A stretch of 64,000 nt of DNA from Nitrospirales bacterium (GCA_965203295.1 CBDBCZ010000017.1:1664001-1728000), one strand, 5' to 3'. Shown: positions 1-13,027, counted from the stretch's first letter. Made by a program: numbers and translations. Notes: generated by a model not told the origin, from the letters alone.

Positions 1-1845
1 TAACTGCAGCAACAATTCACCATTGACTTTCCTCCAGGTCTTCCTCTGCCTACCCCTACACGGCTTCACTTCCCACTCACTGTCTAGTAGTAGTCTAGGA
101 TATCTCTCAGCATTCAAATCATTGACTTTATACCACCACTTAAGTTTGCATCTATCCCTCCTGCCTTTCAAAGATTCTAACCCCGTATCCCCCCTTACTG
201 CTTCATTACACGTTTTAGAAGAGCAGCCAAGCATCTTTTTAGCTGCTCCTAGCTGAATAGATTCCAAGGAAGCTGTCTGCCTTTTATTACAAGCCAAAAC
301 TTCACTACCATATTCTAAAGTAGGGCGAAGTACCGAACTAACAATAACTAGGTGAATGCAAGCATTGTGGGGCGAGCGTGAGCGAGGTATTAGCCCATGC
401 GTACATTAGCGGCGACGCACCCTCAACAGCTCTTTTGGCTCCTTCTCTCGTCTCAGTGTCACTTGTCGGTGGCCCCCCGAGAAATGACAGCTCTTCTGGC
501 TCTAGAACTCGCTCTCTGCTGTTCCAATGTGACTTATCGCCAACCTGGGGATATATACGGCAACGCTGTAGCCTCTGCCGCTGCAGTCTACGCTGTGAGA
601 GCATCCCTAAGCTAGCTGCACTGCAGCCACCGTGCGTGGTCATGTGAACAATTTGGAATATTAATACGGACTATTTGAAACGTTATATTGAAGCGCGAAA
701 CGTAATGCGGTATGTGCGTACGTACGTACACCTTACGCACAGACAAATTCTCAATTCAACACACTAGTGTGGGGCTCACTCACGCTCGCCCAATTATCCT
801 TCTTGCAACTGTACTGATATTCCTATTACTTAAAAACCTATGTAATTGATTCAGTTTTTTCTTTCCATTATTTATTACTTTCTGTACATGACTATCCCAG
901 GAACCATTCTTAGCAAATTCAATCCCCAAGTAACAGTAACTTACAGCCTCTGGAATGTCTTTATCTCCCCACTTCCATGTACATTCACCTGTATTAACCT
1001 GTTTAGAAAATACCATAACAGCACTCTTTTTTATGTTAGATTTCAACCTCCATTTATTACAAAACCCCTGCACTATATTAATCAAGGTTTATAAGTCCTC
1101 AGCATTAGTAGTTACGCCTACAAAATCATCAGCAAACATCAGACCCCCAACCTTAGCATCCTTCTTAACAGTAATGCCAATCCCAGCCTTCTCAACCTCA
1201 TCTAACAACTGAATGGAAAAGAGGATGGGCGACATACTACAACCCTGTGCCACCCCCTGACCTATATTGAATGGCTCAGATATTTCTCCCTCCAGTAAAA
1301 CAGCACTCTGTGTGATGTCATACATATTCCTAATAACTCTCCACATCCTACCCCTAACCCCAAGTTCCCATAACCTAAACCATAGACCATCATGCCAAAC
1401 TGTGTCAAATGCTTTCTGAACATCTAAGGAAAAAGTGGAAGTGTTCTTTCCTTCCCTCATTCTACCTTGTACAATTACATTTAGAGTAAAGATGTTATCA
1501 ACACAACTCCTTTTCTCTCTAAATCCTGCCTGACCCTCTTGAAGAGCCTCTAATCTGCTTACTAAGCGATTATTTAGAATCTTGCAAAACAGCTTTCCTA
1601 CCAATGTTCAATCGTGTAATGCCTCTGTAATTACCCGGGTCCTCAGCATCACCTTTCTTATACAAGCTAAAAATTAACCCTTGTCTCCATTGTTTAGGAA
1701 TACTCTGTCCAAACTACCCCATACAAGACTTTCAACAGATTAGCCATCCCTTTGCCACCGTACTTAAAAAGTTCCCCAACTAGCCCATCATTACCTCCTG
1801 TTTTATTATTCTTTAGGCTTTTAGAACACTTTTTAACTACGAGGC
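1..1845 (-). mobile_element. Degenerate non-LTR (LINE) retrotransposon, reverse transcriptase region, interrupted at 348-793
   Basis: Minus-strand ORF pieces contain QAGFR..RSCVDNIF, LDVQKAFDTVWH, GVAQGCSMSP, FADD and YLG motifs, with frameshifts. Confidence 0.92.
348..793 (-). mobile_element. Non-autonomous Helentron/Helitron2-like element (copy 1)
   Basis: Asymmetric subterminal inverted repeat GGGCGAGCGTGAGCGAG, hairpin AATGCAAAGCATT next to terminal CTAG, splits the LINE ORF with no TSD; near-identical copy at 42937-43523. Confidence 0.65.
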
Positions 1846-2747
1846 TGAAAAAAAGGTAGTGGATAAGTAAATTGTTCAACACAAGCCTGGACTTTGAAAG
1901 TTTGCTCCACGGCTCATAAAGGATGCTAGGCTCTGACTTATGTAGCTACTGTTACAGGTAAGAATTGGAGGGTGCCATGTCGGCTGAATGAAACTGCTGT
2001 AGACCCCTAGTACTGGCATACTATGTCCCCAGGCCTCCCTCCAGCTTCATCACTTCCACTGGCAAAGGCTGGGGATCACTGCCTTGGAAGACACAAAAGC
2101 TGGCAGAAGGCCTGGGAACGAGGCTAGAAGCATGGTTTGCCAGTTTTTGTGCCCTGTAACAAAAAATGAATTAGGTGATTTTTAAATGTCTAATTTGCCA
2201 GCTACAAGGACAGACGAACCAACTGTAACAACTAGGAATTCACAGTAGAATGCACACCAGAGCTACAGCCCCCATATATAGGAGCCTGCAGGATGACATA
2301 TGTAATGTAGTAGCCTCGTTCCCAGTCCTTCCCACCCCAGCTTTAATCTCGCAGCCGTGGAGAAGGAAGGTCTGGTACCACTTATCACGTACCGTGATGT
2401 AGGATAGACACATTCCCATGCAATGGCACTTACATGCTTCACTTCACTCACACATGAGCAGCACAGGAGAATAAGAAAATAGAGGGAGGGTCTAGCAGAG
2501 CTTGTACAAAATTGTACTAAAGTCTCAAAGGATGCTAAATCTCGTTGATCACATTTGCATTGGCTAGATTACTACCCGATGTGGTTTGAAGTAGACCGAT
2601 ATAAGTGGCCTCTAGCCACACACCCACATATGGTGTAACTGCCTTACATTCCTCAACTCATACTCAAGGCCTTCTTTTTCCGTGGCTACAGTATGAGGTG
2701 AAAGGCCTCAGTATGAGGTTCGCCTTAATACCGTTCATTGAGGATTC

Positions 2748-3222
2748 CCAGAGGAGGTTGGAAGTGATTACGTGTACATGTACGTTAATAAATGTATAAT
2801 GTCGTGTATAGTTAATAGCATTCCATTGAGAAGAATATGGAAGATACGCAAAGGTATGCGTTGTCTGGCCTGGAACGTTCTGTAGCTCTACAACCTTTGA
2901 GGGGACGAGTGGGGATGCCCCTTCAAAAAGCTTGGCTTCCAAATACGTATGGAACTGTGCTGCTGAAGATTGGGCTTGAATGCAGAGGATTCTCAGTGAG
3001 CTTGCAAAAAATTTGGAAAGCTACGAATACGATAGTGGTTTAGCTACCACTCAGATTCTAATTATTACTTTGAAAGCTTCTAAACTTGTACGAGATCAGA
3101 GATCACTCCTAGAGCAGCTATTATTGCTCCAATCTGCCCGAGACGTTTTATTGACATCATCAGAAAGCATAGCTAATTGGATTCCACTATTAGTGTACAT
3201 GACCGCTTCCAACCTCCTCTGG
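2748..3222. mobile_element. MITE with CCAGAGGAGGTTGG TIRs (relatives at 31066-31541, ~33370-33861, 53058-53521)
   Basis: Terminal inverted repeats CCAGAGGAGGTTGGAAG...CTTCCAACCTCCTCTGG. Confidence 0.75.
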
Positions 3223-3385
3223 AGACATTAACTGGTGTAAGATCATGCTTACATGTGAATCTCTACAGTTTATGCTGACCAAAACCGAAACCGGAACTAA
3301 TAGTATTTGCACTAGAGCTGCAGTCTCACTGTATATACAGTGGCCATAATTATGGCGGTACTGCAGGTAATATTATTCATACACT

Positions 3386-3525
3386 TTAATTGCTAATGTT
3401 GTGCGTTTAGAAACCCACAAGTGTTTCAAGCAAGTGCTGCCTATATAAGGAGTGAACCAGCTGTTTGCCTTGTCCTTCGCGTCTAATAGGTATTGTGCAC
3501 AAGTTTTGGGGCCTGTGATAGGCCT
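3386..3525 (+). ncRNA. Putative Sm-class snRNA-like gene, type A copy 1
   Basis: AAACCCACAAGTG 3411-3423, TATATAA 3442-3448, Sm-like AAGTTTTGG 3501-3509, GGCCT/AGGCC hairpin. Confidence 0.5.
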
Positions 3526-5334
3526 ATGTATATGTAGTCTCATGCCCAGCCTCACATTAGAAAGTGGGTCTGGCTCCCCTCGCATATTCAAAGTTGGGCA
3601 GCATTACGTCAGCAGTCCCAGATCTGGACCGGCAATGTGATTGGTTGATTATAGTATTACATCACTAAATGGTATGGATATCTGGATACTACAGCTGTTT
3701 AGTGATGTAATACTACAATCAACCAATCGGTCCATACATAGTATAGTTATCGAGATAGAGAGAGAAAGAGCTATTTGTCTCAATTTCTTCTAAATAATTA
3801 TAATGTTGAAGCTTTTAGTGTACGAAATCAGGCAAAACAGCTCTATCTCAGGAAGGACACAACGTATAAACATCAGACTTGCACCATTGTGTTGCTAAGT
3901 GTCTGTACATTCTCAACGATATCCAAATCCTAGCGTTTGGAGAGTGTTTTGGCGTCCTTGCACCGAAAAAGACAAAATCTACTGTCCGATTATAGAGAGG
4001 GTGACACGGCTCTACATTCAATAGCACCCCTTCCTGCTCAAAGCAGCTACAATGCCGAAAAGGTGGCGTGCAGCAGTATGGTAGTGGGGCTTCCCAATAA
4101 TGGAGAAAGATCACCAAAAGTTGCTTCAGGGAGGAAACACGGAACGGTGTCCGACAGTACATACTTTTGTCTGATCATAGCTGTGTCCGAATTTTAACTT
4201 TAGAAGGCTATAGCTCCAGAACCAAGCAACGGAGGAAGACCAAACTTTCAACTCAAAGTCCAAAGGGTCTGTACTATCGATCAAAGGCCACGCCCACTTC
4301 CGGTAATTTACGCACTCGGCGCTAGCGCATCCGAATATACCTGGTGGCCGATCATCAATGGCTTATTCTATGTATTATTTGGGCTAACGTTTTGTAATGT
4401 ATTCCCGGCCTCCCTCCAGCTACATCACTTCTACTAGCAAAGCCTGTGGCTCATTTTCAGTCCTTGGAAGCCACATAAGTGGTGGGAACGAGGCTAGAAG
4501 CAATGCTCGTCACTTTATTCATTTCTTTGCACATCATTCTATTTTTGCTGTTTAGATTCCCATTCACTCTGTGTGTGTAGACCACATACCCATTCCCACA
4601 GTGTAGTTCCACCAATGTTGGACTGAGTAGCAAGTTTGCCTTCTCCATACTATAGTCACATGTGGCATAATCGCCCATCTCTCTCTAGACCGCGCTCTCA
4701 TTCCCGCTCTGTGTGTAGACCACATACCCATTTCCAATGTGTGTGTAGACACATGCCCATTCCCACTGTTTTTGTAGTCTAAGACCACATACTCAATCCT
4801 TATACTCGCTCCCAGGCCCCCGTTTTATTCAACTGCATGATGGCAAAGGGGAGAGCCTGTCATGTTTAGATCATTATGTGTCAGTAGGGTCCAATTTGAA
4901 AGACGGCTGCGTTTATTTTGTTTCTGCGATAGGTCTGTGGCACAAACAGGCTGTGAAGATCGCTACAAGAAGTGTAGATTGCTACCTTCGTCTGAGAATT
5001 GCAAATGTGCTCGCCCACGCTCTATTACTACCTTTCTACTTTTGACACACACACACACACAGGGGCCCTGGAGAATTGTTATGCCCTGCAGGTGAAGGCT
5101 ACCAATAACAAGTCTTAGCTGGACAATGCCTATTTCCTCCAGACTTTCCTGGCTGGCTCAAAGGACTTGGTATGCAGGATACATAATCCCCATAGCTGCA
5201 GTGGCTCATAACGTATGAATCCTAGCATGGCACATTTGACTGCTTTGTAGTTATTGCCTATTCCACAACTATTTGGGGGTTAGAAGAGGTTTTCAAAATT
5301 ATGGCTATGAAACATTCAATGACTCAGTACTCAT

Positions 5335-5825
5335 CCGTAAACTCTGGTTGTTAGGCGCACCTCGCTATTAAGCGCATAACATTTATTAAGCGCATGCTTC
5401 CTTCTGGTCGTGGGTATCATTTGTTTAGCGCATGCTAAGAAATGCCAAAACACTCTTGAGAACTCTCTATGCACATGCCCGACTACGCTTTCGTCTACGT
5501 ACTTTTAGCAAAGCAACCGTACGTCTGCCAGTGAATTTCACCTAGTCATAGAGTCCATATTTCCTTGAAGACATGATGGCCATGGATTACACTTTCTTGG
5601 AGGAGGATGAAGTCTTAGAATACTTCGCTAATACTCACTATCTCACTACTCTCAACTTTTTAAAGATGACTACAGAAATAGCTGTCTCTGCACGCATCTT
5701 GCATTGTCACGTGTTGGGCGTGGCTGCAAAAATTGCACCCCTATTAGCGCACGTCCTCTATTAGGCGCACGGTTGCTTACCACCTAGAATCATAAGCGCA
5801 TGCGCTTATTAACCAGAGTTTACGG
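5335..5825. mobile_element. pogo/Tc1-type MITE (CCGTA...TACGG)
   Basis: TIR CCGTAAACTCTGGTT...AACCAGAGTTTACGG. Confidence 0.8.
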
Positions 5826-5911
5826 TACACCACATTTTTGGTTGCTTGTGTGACCTAATTGATCTGCATGTATGTAGTTTTACTTGAGAGAGTGAAATAC
5901 GTGCATTGCAG

Positions 5912-6083
5912 GATCACAAAGATTCTACACAGATGTGATTTCCACACTACGTAGCTTGCCTGGGCGTCTGAGACCTGCACTGTGCTGGAGTCAGATGAGC
6001 TGGCCAGGGATATCCCAGGGGCTGGGGAAACGATGGACAGACACCAGGAACTCAAGGCTGACATTGACACCAGGGTGGAGAAG
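5912..6083 (+). pseudogene. Orphan spectrin-repeat exon
   Basis: Translates to ...TVLESDELARDIPGAGETMDRHQELKADIDTRVEK, matching the spectrin repeat pattern; AG acceptor and GTGAG donor; frameshifted 5' part. Confidence 0.7.
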
Positions 6084-6789
6084 TGAGTCAGGATGCATTT
6101 TTAATACTAAGCAATACAGCATTGCATCTGGATAGTACTAGGCATAACTTTATGTAGAGTATCGCATGTGTGTTGTATGCACATTTACAATCCAAATGAG
6201 TGAATAATTGGGAGTGTGCGAATTATTCAAATACGCGAATTATTAGAGGATATAAATTATTAGAGGACCGAATAATTTACCCATTTTAAACAATCCTTAG
6301 TTCCTAATTCTAGAAGCTCACAGTAAACCCCCTTCAACCCCTTCTAGTTGTCTGTGAGGCAGGGAGCGCTGTGTTGATATATGTAGTGCATGCAGCAGTG
6401 TAGGACATATAATGTCAGTTCTGAAGTGCTTAGCTACATCATTGCATGTGAATATGGCTGGTGGGATTGTGATGTGACTAGCTGCAATCATCAGTGTGCT
6501 GATGAACATGCCAATTGTCGCAGTGGTGTGCTGAAGGGAGGGTTGATCAAAACTAGTTAAAGTTGCTGCTAATTCCAGTGTGGGGGTCAGGTGCCTTTGC
6601 TGAAAATTGCTTTTCTCAGACCTGCGTATGCAAGGCGTATGCTAGTAGTGGGTCACTCACTCCTGTACTAAAGTGGTGGATGAGAGAGAGGGGCAGTAGG
6701 TACCCCAGAGGAGCGGGAGGCGTGGCACCCAATGGGAGAGGGACTGTCAGCGAAAGAGAAGGGCAGTATACAATGGTATTCATACATCG

Positions 6790-7010
6790 TAATTAGGATG
6801 TTCAAAAACCCACAAGTGTTTTGTGCAGGGCTTCCTTTATAAAGAAGGGTGCTGCATCTCAGCATACAATTTGGCAGCCTAGTGCACCCCAATGAGAAAG
6901 CTTTGTTGTCTCCCAGGATTACATAAACCATGTCCAGGAGGTGTATATTTATAGTACCTGCTGTGGAGGCGGTTTTGGGGAATATGTCGCAATGGCAGCT
7001 TTCCACCCCT
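6790..7010 (+). ncRNA. Putative snRNA-like gene, type A copy 2 (longer, weakly U1-like)
   Basis: Box 6806-6818, TTTATAAA 6836-6843, ATACAATTTGGCAG at 6864, GGTTTTGGGG at 6971 followed by a hairpin. Confidence 0.35.
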
Positions 7011-7020
7011 CCCCTCTCAG

Positions 7021-7142
7021 GACCTAAACCCAGGAGTAACTCATCGACTTCTGCCTGGCAGGACCATTGGCTGGGATCATGACTGGCTTCTACTGAAGAG
7101 CACCTGAGATCATGCTGATCTGGACAAGCAGTGATCAGAAAG
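7021..7142 (+). pseudogene. Degenerate p38 MAPK exon (DLxP...DF.LA...MTG...RAPEIML.W)
   Basis: Bounded by CTCTCAG and GTTAGG; contains stop/indels; similar to 18143-18250. Confidence 0.65.
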
Positions 7143-7547
7143 GTTAGGGAACCCTTAGTCTAGCTCACTATACCTTTCCTCCCTGAAAAGTCAAGGAAAG
7201 GAAAAGGAAAGAGAGGGAGGGTCTAGCAGAACTGGTACGAAATTAGTTTTGAACTGACCAATGAGCTCACATGGTCAAGGATCCTGCTAGCTGACCGGTC
7301 GTGGTTTTGTACGTCAGTCAGTTTACTTTCAGACACAGTATGTAGTGAAAGGCCTCGGTATGAGGTTCACCTTTATACTGTGCATAGAGCACTCCATACA
7401 GCTACAGGCTACGTTAACATATGTAAGGGCTGTACAATTGGATGCTTGCATGTGAGTCTCTGTGAGATCTAGATGCTTTATGACCAAAACAGGAACTGCA
7501 GCCTCCCTGTACAATGGCAGTGGTGCAATGTAGTGGTATTCACCACC

Positions 7548-7638
7548 TTAATTGCTAATATCCAAACTTTACAAAACCACAAGCATTTTAAACAAGTGCT
7601 GCCTATATAAGGAGGGAGCTGCTAGCTGTAGGTATTAG
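7548..7638 (+). promoter_or_regulatory. Type A cassette promoter (copy 3), downstream part displaced by a CAGGGGCG-ended insertion
   Basis: TTAATTGCTAAT, AAAACCACAAGCA box, TATATAAGGAGGGA at 7604. Confidence 0.5.
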
Positions 7639-8189
7639 CAGGGGCGCCGTAAGCACTTTTGCATTGGTCTGGCTGACAAACAGAGCGTCGAGAGTGTGTT
7701 GCGTAGCAGGCCCCCATGCAAAGCGTGGAAATTTTTTTAATTACACTTTTTAAGGGGTTAGGAATGGCTCTAATGAAGTCTTTACAAATCAGTACTGCCC
7801 ACACGCTGCGTAGTATCAGAAGTATTAGCTCAAACAGCCGAAGTAATCTCCAGATGTGAAATACCAGTCGCACAAATCTCCCACGTTGTATAGCTACGTA
7901 TGTGTACGCGTACTTCCGCATAGACAGTGTCACGTGGCTTATGTGTGATCGCGGATCGCGTTCAATAATGGTTGACATCAATGCCTGTCACTTTAGGTCG
8001 TATGTGGTAAGCCTCTGGAGAACCTCTGCCACTTGCCGATGGATGAACCTGCTAAGAACGTAATGCTATATAATATGAGGGCACCAAGTGACGAGGAAGT
8101 GGTGGACACTACACTAAGAACCTGGCCCTGCTGGTAAGTATAATTAACATCCAGGCAACATTCAAAACATGCAGTAAGAACATTTATAC

Positions 8190-8920
8190 CGTACTTAAGT
8201 CATTCTGACCAATCAGCTTACAGTATTCGAGGGATATAACGGTTCATATATCCCGTGCGCATACGTGATGTAGGTACCCGGTTTCGTTCAAACGTCGAGA
8301 AAGCTACGCGGTAGGTTAGTAGTTGGGGAGTCTAGGCGGTTTTTTTACGCAGGGTATTCGAAAATCGATGCAGGAAAGCATGGTAAGCTACTGCTCTTTG
8401 TTTGTGGGTAGTTTTGTTGGATTTCCATGTACCTATGCATGTGGCCACACGGACAGCCTACTAAAATGGCGCTAGGCGCTGGCTAGACGGCTAGCTGCCG
8501 TAGCTACTAGCAATCCATTGTGCTTGCTACGTCTAGTTAGTGTTTTGCTACTTGTGGCTATTATTTTGCATTTTAAAAGCCTGCTGGCTTGCTGGTTTAC
8601 CGTAATGTGTGCCAAACGGCGCCTTTTGCAAGCTTTTGCCGAGCTCGGTGCCAAGCGGTAGTTCGTCCCACAGTTCTTATGCTTCTCACAGATCTTGCAA
8701 CTCTTGTCAGAATGACTTATGCATGGTATATATTAGTTGTATCCCTGCCCAGCGGGATATAAGACCCGCTATATCTCTTGGGAAAGGTCAGTGCTTTCGT
8801 GAAGCCTCGGAAGTGTCTCGGGCTGCGCCCTCGACACTTCCTCGGCTTCACTCAAGCACTGACCTTTCCCGCGGGATATAACGGGTCTTATATCCCGCTG
8901 GGCAGGGATATAACCTATAC
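8190..8920. mobile_element. Crypton-like non-autonomous element with ~190-bp terminal foldback palindrome (8728-8919)
   Basis: Near-perfect inverted repeat centred ~8825; CTGATTGG-type end motif shared with the Crypton fragment at 41750. Confidence 0.5.
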
Positions 8921-10571
8921 TTACCCTCAATTTACAGAGGAAATACATAGGACACATCCTGATTGCATTGCCCTAAAGAACTTCCACAGCGGATACAAGA
9001 ACTGGAAAAACTCCACGTATCTAATGGGCGAAGTAACCAATGATAAATGGGTGGAGATTACCACTGAGGATGCTGTTCATCTGTATGATACTCACCCATG
9101 AACGTTTCCAGAGATACCAATAGATCTGCCAGATGAGCCTGAAGACCTGTGAATCGACTGATCATCCCAGTGGAACTCTCCCTCCTGTTATTCCTGAAAA
9201 TTATGAATTTCCTGATTTGCAAATTTAGCCACCTTGAATTTATATAGTTTGTTATACTCACCTCATGCATTATTAATTATTCACTGATTATTATATCCTA
9301 AACGCATACAAACATCATTTCACAAAACCCATGCACACTTATTGCATGTCCAATTATAGTTGGAAGAGTGTATATACTCGTTATAATGAGTCAAAAAGTG
9401 CCTTATTTATGTCAAGTTCGGGTGCTGTTGTTTATCGAGATCGTTTTTCCCCTGTACACTAAGACTCGTGGTACCCAACCCGGGATGGGGCTTCTCATCC
9501 TTCCAGCTGGACTCGCCACCAATGCATCATCCAGTGACCGTATACAAGGACTGTCGTCTTACTCTGCTAGTGCATGGCGGGAAGATAAAGGCTGCATGTA
9601 CTATGTCATACTTTTGCCTACCCCAAAAAGGCATCTTTTGGTACTATATAGGCTGACCTTCAAATTCCGCGGGGTCTTCAGAAAGAGGAACCATGCAGTC
9701 AATGCATGTTCATGATAAGTGATTGGATTACAGCTATACACACACACCCTCTTTAGCATATCAGCCAGCGGCCCAGAGAAATTAATCCTTTTTGCAATTG
9801 GACTGTATAAGTGCAGTCATGGTTCATGCTTTCAGTAAGAATACTTTGCCCATGCATGCATGGATAATATAGTACTATATTATCCATGATGCATGTAATC
9901 ACTTTCGTTGGTGGCTTGCTGGCTGATTCCAGCCCTTTCCTTGAATTCAATTCGAGGCTGTATGTGAACAAAACAGTTTGTTCGCTGTAGCCTCGAACCC
10001 AGGCCTTCCACGCAGATTTTTTCGCGAACACGTGGATATTGTATACGGCGCCGCTCGCTACAGGGAGAAGTTCTGGAGAATGTTTGAGCAGGAGCAGGGG
10101 AGGGTTACTGCAGTGCCAGACCGCTCTGGGAATGACCCAGGTAGGAAGTGGTTTCGAGGGTCTCGCATGAGAAACGCTGCAAAATTTCTATCAATCTTGT
10201 TTCCCCGGCCGCACGAGCAAATAACTAAAGCGGCGAGCCGTTTTTTGTTCGTTCTTGCGGGGAAAAGTCTGGCTGGGATTCTGGGAACAACGCTAAGGTT
10301 ACAGAGATTTACAAAAGCTTGCAGCAGACTGTGTAGAGTAGAAACCCACAAAGCCTGCCCTGCTTGGTAACGAGGCTTTCATCTAGAGTGTAATAGTTTA
10401 GCTACGTTTCAATTTGTGGTTTGCTAGTCCTTGTTCATGTGTTGCAAGCATTCTTATAAAACTCTGTACCTACAGTATGTGCAGCTAATTGCTCTACATG
10501 ATGGCAACCTCAGTAGTCTTGTTTGAGGTGGGAAAATATCTACTAAGCTTCCCCTCCTTGTTTCAGCCTCA

Positions 10572-10676
10572 GGATGTGATGCCCAACAGCACCCTGGTGG
10601 GAGAGTCTGCTGAGCTGTGACTGGCTACATCACAACAGGCTACTGGAGGGCAACTGCTGAACTGGAAGTGCTATGG
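10572..10676 (+). pseudogene. Degenerate p38 MAPK exon copy
   Basis: ACTGGCTACATCACAACAGGCTACTGGAGGGCA..CTGAACTGG and the same downstream flank as the 18143 copy. Confidence 0.65.
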
Positions 10677-11187
10677 TTAGTGTCTTGGTAGAGGGGGTCA
10701 CCAGGGTGGGCCTTTGGTAACCAAGGTCTTATTAGTCTCATTATAAGCCTGCAAGTTGTGAGTAGTGTAGCAGTGAGTTGTCTGGGGAGTTGGCAGCACT
10801 CCTCAGGCTACATGTAATCAAATGATGTCAACATGAAAGTCTACACTAAATTGACTAAAAGTGTGTATATATCCACACTCTCTGCTAAATAATCCACAAA
10901 AGCCCAATTTATTTTAACTACAGAAGACAGGCTAAAAACATTGTGGCTTCTCACGGGAATGCGTCAGACCCAGCTTTTCAGCCCAGATCACCTCTAACCA
11001 CCTGACCACCCCAATAAGCTCATTTTCGCCCATAAATCATCAAGCCTGGCCTTACAAATTTGCAACCTATTCACAGCAAATCAATGTCAGCTTTTTTCCA
11101 ATCACCCTTTAGTTACTGAGAACCACTTACTAAAGCACTCCCTATAATAACCTCCTGCTTTGAAATGGTTAGCCCTTTTTGAAATTG

Positions 11188-11300
11188 TTAATTGACTTTT
11201 TAAGCCAGCAAGTGTTTTGAGCAAGTGCTGCCTCTGTAAGGAGGGACCTGCAGTAGCCATTACTCCTGACATGTAGCATGTTGCGTAGGTGTATCAAAGG
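11188..11300 (+). promoter_or_regulatory. Degenerate type A cassette (copy 4)
   Basis: TTAATTG..AAGCCAGCAAGTGTTTTGAGCAAGTGCTGCCTCTGTAAGGAGGGA; box and TATA both mutated. Confidence 0.4.
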
Positions 11301-12230
11301 GACCGACAGTGCAATATATTCCATATTGCACTGCTTCCGGTGATATATATATATATATTGCACCGGAGCTACCAACAGCGGTTCAAAGAGTATGGCAAGC
11401 AAGCTTCAAAAACGCCTAGAATTCAGTTAGCTTGACCAACTAGAGCTGGCTAGGCTCTCTAGAGCTCTGTAGACATTTACTGGGAGGTACGTAATGGTCA
11501 AACGGTAAGCATGACAAAACGGTTTTAACAACTCAAAATCTTCTCTGCTATCACAAACTAGCAACTCTATTCAATATGAAAGCCAGCTAGTAGCTACAAC
11601 AGTACACCGATCTAGCTCTTGCGTAGCCACAAGAGCTGGCAGTTAGTCTCGCGAGACTAGGCTGGCAGTATGACTCTCTACAAACTACAGACAGAGGTAG
11701 AGTAACTTGCAGTGCCGACCGCTCTTATTGCTCACTCAGACAGCCGTTCAGACATGCTACGAACAAATTAAACCACAGCCCTTGGAGCTGTGGTTTAACC
11801 TATACATATTCGTTCCCAGGCCCCCACTTGCACAAAGGTAAAGTGAAGTGCCTGCTATATAAAGTCCCGTTATCTTCTTACGTCATTACGTGTGGTAGGG
11901 TCCAATTTAGAGGACGGCTACATTCTTCCGGAGGCTTTGTTTCAGCAGAGAGTCTGTGGCACATTTGGGTTGTAAAGATTTGCTACAAGAAGTGTAGATT
12001 CGCTACCTTCACCCTTCACTCGTCTGAGAATTGCAACTGTGCTCGCCCATGCTCTACAAGTACCTCCTACTACCTTTCTACTCTTGGTGTGCCAATTTTG
12101 TCTAACGATAACCTTGTATCTATTGCTGTACATGTCAGGCCTGGCATGTGCTATCAAATTTTATTGACCTAACATTGATAAATGTACAATGGACTCCCTA
12201 CATTGCCACAGTATCTGCCCAGACTAGTGG

Positions 12231-12818
12231 TAGCCTCGTACCCGGGCCTTCCCTCACGGCTTCTTTCGCAGCCGTGGCAAGAAGCGTGGGTAAGGCCTGG
12301 AAGTAAACGTCACGTGAGGCGTGCCATTGTTTACATCAGCTGCAACGCGAAGGAATGAAGTGGTATTGACAGAAATACACGTGACGATTTATAGTAACCT
12401 TCAAAGTTAAAAGAGCAACAGGAAAGCGAAGCTGGAGACGATCTACTACACTCACTTGAGAGCTAGATGCACAGACAGCCACATTTAATCAGCACAACAG
12501 TCCTTGGCATACCAACTCGAGCAGCGTAAACTTTTTTTGCCAGTGGTTGACACTCGCATTTCTTGGGATTCTCTACTATCATGACCCGTTCGGCTCACCA
12601 ACTATACAGTAGTGAGTGTCTCCAGAACACAGTGTTGCTAGAGTCTTGGGAGTCTCAGAGCGCCACTTGAAAAACCTCATGAGTGCAAATGAGCCCGTGA
12701 ACCCTTGTAGTGGCGAAGACGATAGGACACATCACGAGATGTTTACTTCCAGGCCTTAACCACGCTTTTTGCCACAGCTGCAAAAAAGCTGTGAGGGAAG
12801 GCCTGAGTAGGAGGCTAC
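12231..12818. mobile_element. MITE with TAGCCTCG TIRs (duplicate at 13320-13917)
   Basis: Long TIR TAGCCTCGTACCCGGGCCTTCCCTCAC...GTGAGGGAAGGCCTG.GTAGGAGGCTA. Confidence 0.85.
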
Positions 12819-12867
12819 ACTAATGGCCCTGAGAGTGAACAGTGATGATAGACAGTAATTACATCTT

Positions 12868-13027
12868 GGGTGAATTAATGAATATCAGTATTCCTACAAA
12901 ACCCATAAGTGACTTGCTCACAGTGGGCCTATAAAAGCAGCTCTGACAGGTGGGTAAGGTTGACCTAACTGTGGCTTACTTTCCCCATAGGGAAAATAAT
13001 TTTTGGGAGCCCATTCTTGTATGGGCT
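12868..13027 (+). ncRNA. Putative Sm-class snRNA-like gene, type B copy 1
   Basis: AAACCCATAAGTG 12899-12911, TATAAAA 12930, TTTCCC/GGGAAA stem-loop, AATTTTTGG 12998-13006, AGCCCAT/ATGGGCT hairpin. Confidence 0.55.

Larger units (their letters stand above)
1877..5075 (+). repeat. Segmental duplication, copy 1 (paralog at ~30212-37560)
   Basis: Long colinear near-identity: 1877-3730 vs 30212-32115 and 4370-5075 vs 36200-37560. Confidence 0.9.

Noticed and set aside
338..647. Short ORFs in repeats (here, 42938-43424, 56755-57193 and most 60-120 aa ORFs)
   Set aside because: Incidental frames within non-coding repeats or antisense to real genes
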